This document shows, piece after piece, positions 35,364 through 41,692 of a DNA stretch of 52,547 nucleotides. Origin of the DNA: an archaeon (GTDB lineage: Archaea > Thermoproteota > Thermoprotei > Thermofilales > JAPDKD01); assembly GCA_029258735.1 (NCBI GenBank), contig JAPDKD010000002.1, positions 1-52,547 on the forward strand, in the 5' to 3' direction. Within the stretch, counting starts at the first letter, position 1; each line of letters starts with the position of its first letter. Under the pieces are notes generated by a model, which saw nothing but the letters and a program-made list of their open reading frames with translations, searched no databases and was not told the origin of the DNA. The translations under genes were made by a program, and so were the position numbers.

Positions 35364-35786
35364 ATGAACAAAAAAGGAGTCTCACCAGTTATCGCAACAC
35401 TTCTACTAATTATCATCGCAGTAGCAGCAGCAATACTAACCTATCTATGGATAACAGGATATTTAGGTACAGTACAGCAACAAGGAGGAACCGAAGGTTT
35501 ACAAGAAAGAATTAGAATCGAGGCTGTTTCATATAGTGGTGGAACACTTACTATATACGTTAGAAATATTGGGGATGTTTCTACAACAGTTGACGCGGCA
35601 TATATTATAGATCATACGGGTACTGTTGTTAAGTCAAATACGGGATTAAGTACCTCACTTAATGCTGGAGCTTCAGGCACGGTAACTATAGGTAGTGTAA
35701 CATTAAGTGATGGAGAAACATATGTTGTAAAAGTAGTGACTACAACTGGTGTTGAAGCTGATTACACATTTACTTACAGGACATAA
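35364..35786 (+). CDS. Archaeal type IV pilin (class III signal peptide, Pilin_N/DUF1628-type N-terminus)
   Basis: MNKKG/VSPVIATLLLIIIAVAAAILTYLWITGYL is a textbook class III signal plus hydrophobic helix. The C-terminal beta domain carries LTIYVRNIGDVSTTV and ETYVVKVVTTTG. Confidence 0.85.
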   Translation: MNKKGVSPVIATLLLIIIAVAAAILTYLWITGYLGTVQQQGGTEGLQERIRIEAVSYSGGTLTIYVRNIGDVSTTVDAAYIIDHTGTVVKSNTGLSTSLNAGASGTVTIGSVTLSDGETYVVKVVTTTGVEADYTFTYRT

Positions 35787-35867
35787 AAATTTTAAAATAA
35801 GTATTTTTTAAAAATTAAAAATAGTTAAGATTCGTTCATTTATATATTAAATACACATGTATAAACT

Positions 35868-35907
35868 ACTCAAAATAACGAATATTTTGAGTTTTATTTT
35901 TTTATTT
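35868..35907 (+). terminator. 10-bp hairpin followed by a T-tract (terminator of pilin gene and/or TATA region of next gene)
   Basis: ACTCAAAATA (35868-35877), a 5-nt loop, then TATTTTGAGT (35883-35892), then TTTATTTTTTTATTT. The T-tract ends about 30 nt before ATG 35938. Confidence 0.45.
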
Positions 35908-35937
35908 GTGCTTACAATAATTTGATTGGGCATATTT

Positions 35938-36357
35938 ATGTGGGGGGTTTCGCCGATTATTGGGGCTTTGTTGATGGTTGTTGTGGTGGTTGTTGCGTTT
36001 ACTGGTGTTTATATTTGGAGTCTTAATAGGTTTGAGCTTTATCGTTTTCATCTTGAGCGTTTGAGGAGTGATGTTCAGCGTGTGCTCGAGGAGTACGTTG
36101 TTGTTGAGTATGCTTGGATTGACGGCGACGGTGCGCTTAGGATCTACGTTAGGAATGCGGGGGAGGTTGAGCTGTGTGTGCTCGATGTTTTTGTTAATGG
36201 ATCGCTGTTTATGAGCGATGTTGGGGTGTGTATTCTTCCAGGTGATGGCGGCTGGGTCAACAGTAGCGAGGCTGTTGGGGGCGGCTATGTGGAGTTTAAA
36301 CTTGTTACTGAGAGGTTTAATGAGATTTATGGTGAGGCTTATAGGGTGGGTGGTTAG
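35938..36357 (+). CDS. Minor pilin-like protein (class III-type N-terminus without basic leader)
   Basis: MWG/VSPIIGALLMVVVVVVAFTGVYIW has the same G-VSP-(V/I)I core as the major pilin. It shares the LRIYVRNAGEVELCV module. An alternative TTG start is at 35926. Confidence 0.7.
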   Translation: MWGVSPIIGALLMVVVVVVAFTGVYIWSLNRFELYRFHLERLRSDVQRVLEEYVVVEYAWIDGDGALRIYVRNAGEVELCVLDVFVNGSLFMSDVGVCILPGDGGWVNSSEAVGGGYVEFKLVTERFNEIYGEAYRVGG

Positions 36358-36361
36358 GAGT

Positions 36362-37852
36362 ATGACCGCGTTGAGGTCTAAGCTGAAGGGGGAGTTGCTT
36401 GGAGGGAGGAGGGGGCAGGCTTCTGCGATAGGTGCGGTGTTTTTCATACTAATTTTGGGGATTGTTTTGGGCTATATGTTTAACTTTATTAATCAAGTGG
36501 AGGAGTTGAATAGAGCGGCGCTATCTACGATGCAGACGAGGTTTGAGCGGCAGAGGGAGGCTTTGCAGATTGCGCTTGTCGACTATGTCGAGACGGGTTT
36601 AGTGGATTATGATCCTGAAAGCGTGGAGATAGTTTATGGTACTAAAGTTCAGGATTCGCCTTTAACTATTGAGGCTGCGGTTAGCGGTGGTGGTGTGAGT
36701 AATGTTACGTTGATTGACGAGGATTTTGAGGAGGATGGCTGGGAGTTTGAGGTTGCCGATGACTTGGCTTGTCCTTCTTGGTGGGATACGTGCGTGTTTG
36801 ACGGAGTGTATGAGGATGTAGGGGACTGGGGGGATGTGAGTGGCTACGCAGTTGGGGCGGAAAGCGGTGTTTACATTATTAGTAAGAACAGGTTTAAGGA
36901 GAGCGCAAAGGGCTACTATCTACTCGAGTTTAGCGGTGGAAACTTTTTGTCGGTGAATTTGAGCTTGGATTATCTGTTTGAGCCGTTGGGTTTCAGCGCA
37001 CGGGGAAAGGTTACTTGGATTTTAAGCGTCTCGATTAATAGGTCTGATGATATGACGGCTGTTTGGGGTCCTGTGGAGGTTCTGAGCGTTGTTGATGATG
37101 GAAGTGTGAGTTCTTTGCATGGTTCGTGGGAGCCGAGCAGCGAGATTCCTGCGGACGTCTTTGAGGCGGGCAAGCAGTACTACCTTGTTCTTTATGTGGA
37201 GGTTCAGTATAACCTGAGGAAAAGGCCTGGAAGCGCGATTTACTATTACGCTAAGGCGTTTTTCGATAATGTGCATTTGGAAGCTACGGTTAGTGGCGGT
37301 GGGGGAGGCGGTGGCTTTGCCGCTTGGGCTGGCGCCGCGTTTAGCTTTGACGTTGGGAGCGGTGTTCCTGCGGTGCTCATGGCGGAGGTTGAGGTTGACT
37401 CCGTGCCCGTGGAAATTTCGCTTTACTACGAGGATCCAGATGTCGCAGGTGTGTGGGAGCGGGTTCAGTCTTTTACTGTTAGGACTACAGATGTTGTTTT
37501 GCTTAATGCTTCGTTGGTGGGGGAGGCTTCGGAGGCTTCGAGGTTTATGCTTGTGGCTAGTGCTGGTACTGGCTTTACTTTGACTGTATATGGGTTCTGG
37601 GTTAACTGTAGCTTTGTTGCTGAGAACTTTAATGTTACGGTTTTGAATGAGGGGGGTGAGACGGTTAAGGTTGTGTCTGTTTGGGTTGTGAATTCAACTA
37701 ATGTTTGGCGTTCGGATTTGAATGTGGTGCTGGCTCCTTTGGAGGAGGAGACTGTGCGGGTTGATTATGGGCTTGTGCGCGGGTCTAGGTATCTTGTCAG
37801 GATTGTGACTGAGAAGGGGAATATTTTCGACTATTACCTTGCTATTCCTTGA
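36362..37852 (+). CDS. Large pilin-like/adhesin-like protein with class III signal peptide
   Basis: ATG at 36362 lies 4 nt after the previous stop, with GGAG upstream. The N-terminus is ...LLGGRRGQ/ASAIGAVFFILILGIVLGYMF. The C-terminal module FNVTVLNEGGETVKVVSVWV...YLVRIVTEKG resembles the pilin C-terminal module. The upstream part of track ORF 36218.. overlaps the previous gene and is not needed. Confidence 0.7.
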   Translation: MTALRSKLKGELLGGRRGQASAIGAVFFILILGIVLGYMFNFINQVEELNRAALSTMQTRFERQREALQIALVDYVETGLVDYDPESVEIVYGTKVQDSPLTIEAAVSGGGVSNVTLIDEDFEEDGWEFEVADDLACPSWWDTCVFDGVYEDVGDWGDVSGYAVGAESGVYIISKNRFKESAKGYYLLEFSGGNFLSVNLSLDYLFEPLGFSARGKVTWILSVSINRSDDMTAVWGPVEVLSVVDDGSVSSLHGSWEPSSEIPADVFEAGKQYYLVLYVEVQYNLRKRPGSAIYYYAKAFFDNVHLEATVSGGGGGGGFAAWAGAAFSFDVGSGVPAVLMAEVEVDSVPVEISLYYEDPDVAGVWERVQSFTVRTTDVVLLNASLVGEASEASRFMLVASAGTGFTLTVYGFWVNCSFVAENFNVTVLNEGGETVKVVSVWVVNSTNVWRSDLNVVLAPLEEETVRVDYGLVRGSRYLVRIVTEKGNIFDYYLAIP

Positions 37853-38801
37853 GTTTTTCTTGTACTTTTTTGGCGGTTTTTTCTATTCCCTGTATCAGGT
37901 TGTTGAAGGTTACTATGGTTGTCCTTGGGTTTTTCTGTATGCTGGGCGTTACTTCGATGCCTTGACGTACTAGCGCTATGTGGTTGTACATGTCTGCGTC
38001 GACGCTTTTTCCAAGTATTTTGAACACGTCGTCCCTGTCTACGACCATGTCTATTGTTATCTGCTTGTTTCTGCTTGTGACGAGGACGTCGGTTGAATGC
38101 GAGAGCCCGCTTTTGCCTACTATGTGCGTGTTTGCTTCTGCGCGTATTCCTCTTTTCTGCAGGGCTTCTAGCATGAGTGTTCGGAAGTTTTCTAGGAGGA
38201 GGTCTTTAACCTGTTCTTTGTTTACGATGTACCTGAAGTATTGGTGATAGTCGGCGTCTTGGTAGTCGAATTTGCGGCCGCATAGTTGGCACTCGTATGC
38301 TGGGTAGGGAGCCTCGGTCTGGAAGCCGCAGTTCTTGCAGTAGAACATCATGCCTATTACTTCGTACTCGTCTTTCTTTATGGGGTTGCCGCATTTGGGG
38401 CATATTCTTACTCCATTTTTTTCTTCTACTTCTTCTAGTATCCCGATATAGCCGCATAAGATGTGGGTGAACGCCGTTCTACGGAATATTTCGGGGCTGC
38501 CGCAGTTGGGGCACTTGAAATAGGAGATTAGCTTTACGCCTTGGCATGAGGGGCATCTTATTACGTGTTTGAAAGGTTCTTCTTTGAGTACGCCCATTTT
38601 AGCTAGCTCTTTGAGAAGAGATTCCTCGCTTACGTTATATTTCGAAGCTATGGGTAGGACGTCGGGATAGAAGAACCCTATGTCCTCGGAGTACTGCGGC
38701 TCGAGGCTTTCGATATTTTTAGATAGTAAAGTCTCGAGTAACTCAACTATGATAGATCTAATTTTCTTACTGCTGATTGCGCTTAGTTGCTGAGTCTTCA
38801 A
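37842..38801 (-). CDS. Multi-zinc-ribbon protein (five CxxC pairs) with N-terminal helical and C-terminal alpha/beta domains
   Basis: The five CxxC pairs are CPSC..CPNC, CPKC..CKNC and CQLC. The TTG start has GGAG upstream. The 3' end overlaps the large pilin gene convergently by 11 nt. Confidence 0.6.
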   Translation of the reverse strand: MKTQQLSAISSKKIRSIIVELLETLLSKNIESLEPQYSEDIGFFYPDVLPIASKYNVSEESLLKELAKMGVLKEEPFKHVIRCPSCQGVKLISYFKCPNCGSPEIFRRTAFTHILCGYIGILEEVEEKNGVRICPKCGNPIKKDEYEVIGMMFYCKNCGFQTEAPYPAYECQLCGRKFDYQDADYHQYFRYIVNKEQVKDLLLENFRTLMLEALQKRGIRAEANTHIVGKSGLSHSTDVLVTSRNKQITIDMVVDRDDVFKILGKSVDADMYNHIALVRQGIEVTPSIQKNPRTTIVTFNNLIQGIEKTAKKVQEKLKE

Positions 38802-39134
38802 AGTCTCTCCTCTATAAGCCGTTTTAGGCTCTATATTTTTCGCGAGGGAAAGTACTTATTTTTAACTTAGTAAATGACAATAAATGTGGTAAGCCTTTCT
38901 TTTTGATAGTTTCAGTTAGCTGCCTAAGGCTTAGGGGCCTGGCCGCGCTTATGTTTAATTGACCATCCCATGTTGGTAGTTTTTAGGTCTTGGCTTGACC
39001 ATCAGCATGAACGCGGGGAAACTAAGATAGATTTACACGATTATTATAAACGATATAAAAATGTCGACATCTTATCAGAAAAGCAGAAATCAACGAAAAT
39101 GCTTCAAAAGGGTATTAAACGATTAGTTATTGGC

Positions 39135-39284
39135 TTATTCTTCTTCCTCTAACTCTTCCTCCTCTAGTTCTTCCCATTCCTCTTCTTCCCATTCGTCTTC
39201 CCATTCTTCCTCTTCATCCCATTCCTCTTCTTCCTCTAGTTCTTCTTCCCATTCTTCCTCCTCTGATATTGGGGAAGGCGGCAT
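39135..39284 (-). CDS. 49-aa hyper-acidic Glu/Trp-repeat micro-protein (putative)
   Basis: My translation of the reverse strand is MPPSPISEEEEWEEELEEEEEWDEEEEWEDEWEEEEWEELEEEELEEEE*. ATG at 39284 is preceded by GGTGG about 8 nt upstream. It is co-oriented with and 67 nt downstream of the NikR-like gene. It falls below the ORF-track cut-off. Confidence 0.35.
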   Translation of the reverse strand: MPPSPISEEEEWEEELEEEEEWDEEEEWEDEWEEEEWEELEEEELEEEE

Positions 39285-39351
39285 ATTTTTCCACCATTGA
39301 TTTTTGTTATAGATGGAGTATATTAGTTTAATTTTCTCCTTTTTACTGTAA

Positions 39352-39747
39352 CTATGTTGTTTTGCATGCTATTGGTACGTAGCGAACTGTGAGTTTATAG
39401 GTTTTCTCGAGTATTTTGTGGAGTTGAGTTATTTTACTGGATTTGCCTGCTACGAGTATCATGTCTACGCAGACGTCGCCCAGATTAGCGTGATTATAGA
39501 AACGTACTATGTCGCTGTAGTTGCTGAGTGTTGCTAGGAGGTCTATATGTTTGCTGGCGTCGACGACTATTAGTACTCCTCTGCATTCGTGCTCGACTAT
39601 GTAGTGGTCGTGTGACCTGACGTAGTCTGAGATGGCTTCGCTGACTATTCTCGAGCGGTCGAGTTGCATTGCTTCTGCTATTCTATTCAGTTTTTCTGTT
39701 AGCTTTTGGGGTATCGATACGCCAAACCTTACTTTGCGTTCTCTCAT
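39352..39747 (-). CDS. NikR/CopG-family ribbon-helix-helix metal-responsive regulator
   Basis: The RHH N-terminus is RFGVSIPQKLTEKLNRIAEAMQLDRSRIVSEAISDYV. The ACT-like C-terminal domain has a His/Cys cluster (SHDHYIVEHEC). ATG at 39747 overlaps the upstream stop (ATGA). Confidence 0.7.
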   Translation of the reverse strand: MRERKVRFGVSIPQKLTEKLNRIAEAMQLDRSRIVSEAISDYVRSHDHYIVEHECRGVLIVVDASKHIDLLATLSNYSDIVRFYNHANLGDVCVDMILVAGKSSKITQLHKILEKTYKLTVRYVPIACKTT

Positions 39748-41618
39748 TTTCTCGCCCTCCAAAGTAGGGACGCAAGGTAAACTGCTAGAAGCATAATTCC
39801 GGCTATTGCTGCGGGTGACTGGTTTATGAGTATTCCTATATACAGTGCTAGGAGGCTGGAGATCATGCTTACGTAAATGCTAGTTAAAATTACGTTTAGG
39901 CTGCCTTTGCAGGTTGTTACCGCTATGGATGCTGGTAATAGCATTAATACGTGTTCCAGCACGAAGCCTACAGTTTTAATTAGGGCTACTGTCGCTAGGC
40001 CTAGGATCGTGAAGAATATTAAGTCGTATAGCTTGATGTTTAAGCCGGTCAGCGCGGCGCAGTCTCTTTCGGTGCCGATGCATACTTGTTCACGGAATGT
40101 AATCAATACTGTCGCTAGTATTACCAGTGCTATGACTATTGAGTAGAGCGCGCCGCTCCATCTTGTTAGGAGGGGGTCGCCAACTATTATAGCCCATATG
40201 TCGCTTTCTAAGGGATAGCTTGTTAGCACGTAGTAAATTGCTAGCACGCTTATTGATGCTGTGGCTGACACGAATACTGCGGTAGCTATGTCGCTTTTTA
40301 TTCCTCGGTTAATCATGTAGCCTACAGTGTACGTGAGCAGTATACCTACGACTATGCTCCACAGTTGCTGGTCTCCAAGCCTTATGGTCTCAGATATCGG
40401 TATTGCTATTACGGCTGCTAGAAGGGCGGAGTGCGCGGATGCGCCTGCGAGGAAGAAGAGGCGTCTTACGGCTATGATGGCGCTCAGGGCTCCGTAAGCG
40501 ATAGCGGCGGATGACATTACAAGGAACCATACGATATTTGTCAGGTAGGCAAGTAGCGCAGATTCGGCTAGAAGTATTATCATGATGATTTTCTCTATTT
40601 TTGAAAGAAAGTATGGGTATTTTCCAGTGAACTTTAGCGCAGCTAATAACGAGTATAGGGCAAATGTAAGTATTGTTACGTAAAAGATTAGGCTTGTATA
40701 TGTAATAGCTTGTGTCATCTGGGTTTCGGGTGGTGATGGGGCTCTGGCCTGAATAGCTTTAAGCTGACTTGTTATTGTACTTAATTTTTCGAGGAATGTT
40801 CCTTTGCTGAAGGGGGCAGGCACATATAGTACGGGAATATTATATTTTTCGGCCAGTTCTTCGAGCTTCTTTGAGGCTGCTTGGTTTACTGGGGACAAGA
40901 CTATTGCAAGCTTAATCTGTCCCTTTGAAATTGCCTCTTCGATTTTTAACAGGTCGCTTGGTGTGGCAGAAACTCCGTGCTCTTTAATCACCAGGTATTT
41001 GATTTTTATGCCTAACCAAGATACGGCGTACTGTGCGGGTGGGGCATCGGCAACCGCTGTTATGCCCGTGTAATTGGCGTAGGCTTCGAGGCTCCTAATT
41101 TGCTGGATAATTTTTTCGGCTTTCTCTTTGTAGGTTTCGAAGCATTTGGGATTTAAGTTTGCTAGAGTATCTGCCACTGCTTTGATAAATGTCTCATAGT
41201 TGCTTGGATCATAGATAGGCATGTGGTAGTTCGGCTTTTCTGTAGCGGGGTTCTGTAGTATCTTTATTCCTTTTAGCTTGGGAATTTCTAGCAGCACTGC
41301 CTTTAGCTGTTTACTCTGCACTACTTCCCTAATTGATACTTCAAATGGAGCATGCGCCGTGGAAATTATTACATCTGCCCTAGTCAGCAGTTCAATATTT
41401 TCGGGCGTTAACTGGTAACTGTGCGGGTCAACTCCATAAGGCGCCAATGATACTACAATGTCTTCTTCCCATGCTATTTGTTTAACTTCGTCAGCTATAT
41501 TGGGAAATGTTGTAACTATTAGTAGGCCCCGCTGTGGCGCTGCCGAAGCGTCAACGCTTTGAATCAAGACTATTAAAAAGATTAGGACAACTACGAGCAT
41601 CTGTTCTCGCTTCATCAT
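39744..41618 (-). CDS. Fusion of ZnuA/TroA-type metal-binding lipoprotein-like domain and ABC-3 (ZnuB-type) permease
   Basis: The N-terminal ~300 aa are LLIVTTFPNIADEVKQIA...DPHSYQLTPENIELLTRADVIISTAHAPFE, a cluster A-I SBP pattern. The C-terminal ~320 aa have 8-9 TM helices typical of ABC-3 permeases. Confidence 0.7.
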   Translation of the reverse strand: MMKREQMLVVVLIFLIVLIQSVDASAAPQRGLLIVTTFPNIADEVKQIAWEEDIVVSLAPYGVDPHSYQLTPENIELLTRADVIISTAHAPFEVSIREVVQSKQLKAVLLEIPKLKGIKILQNPATEKPNYHMPIYDPSNYETFIKAVADTLANLNPKCFETYKEKAEKIIQQIRSLEAYANYTGITAVADAPPAQYAVSWLGIKIKYLVIKEHGVSATPSDLLKIEEAISKGQIKLAIVLSPVNQAASKKLEELAEKYNIPVLYVPAPFSKGTFLEKLSTITSQLKAIQARAPSPPETQMTQAITYTSLIFYVTILTFALYSLLAALKFTGKYPYFLSKIEKIIMIILLAESALLAYLTNIVWFLVMSSAAIAYGALSAIIAVRRLFFLAGASAHSALLAAVIAIPISETIRLGDQQLWSIVVGILLTYTVGYMINRGIKSDIATAVFVSATASISVLAIYYVLTSYPLESDIWAIIVGDPLLTRWSGALYSIVIALVILATVLITFREQVCIGTERDCAALTGLNIKLYDLIFFTILGLATVALIKTVGFVLEHVLMLLPASIAVTTCKGSLNVILTSIYVSMISSLLALYIGILINQSPAAIAGIMLLAVYLASLLWRARK

Positions 41619-41633
41619 AGAATCACACGTTCT

Positions 41634-41687
41634 TTTTTGTGCACACTTACTTAAAAATATTATTAGGATGAAAAATTTTTGTGCACA
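41634..41687. promoter_or_regulatory. Two copies of TTTTTGTGCACA (palindromic core TGTGCACA), 42 bp apart, bracketing the A/T-rich TATA-like box of the Znu-fusion operon
   Basis: Exact copies are at 41634-41645 and 41676-41687, with an A/T block at 41651-41665 between them. The ATG of the operon is at 41618. Confidence 0.5.
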
Positions 41688-41692
41688 AATAG

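Noticed and set aside
35254-35925. Replication origin elements (ORB/mini-ORB repeats, orc1/cdc6 or whiP gene) at the skew flip
   Set aside because: I searched the intergenic DNA around 33.46-33.95, 35.25-35.36 and 35.79-35.93 kb by eye for TCCAGTGGAAA-like boxes and large inverted repeats and found none. No initiator gene is in the window. The origin idea is therefore kept only as one hypothesis under the skew finding, not as a feature.
36218-36361. Upstream 48 codons of the track ORF 36218..37852
   Set aside because: They overlap the minor pilin gene in another frame. The ATG at 36362 follows the upstream stop by 4 nt, has GGAG upstream, and yields a proper class III leader.
35902-36447. 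181-aa minus-strand ORF antisense to the minor pilin genes
   Set aside because: It is a mirror artefact of the G+T-rich + strand: the minus strand is A+C-rich and stop-poor. Its N/P/K/H/I-rich product has no motifs. The + strand frames carry class III signal peptides.
38970-39152. 60-aa plus-strand ORF in the 38.8-39.1 kb intergenic region
   Set aside because: It sits at the minimum length, has no motif and an odd composition, and its 3' end runs into the TTC-repeat tract. It is more likely non-coding. A short CCTAAGGCTTAGG palindrome nearby (about 38923-38935) is too small to interpret.
39150-39290. TTC/CCA-rich tract interpreted purely as a microsatellite
   Set aside because: This is not fully rejected. 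The tract keeps one reverse-strand frame open for 49 codons, with an ATG, an upstream GGTGG and regularly spaced TGG codons. It is therefore reported as a putative micro-ORF with low confidence instead.
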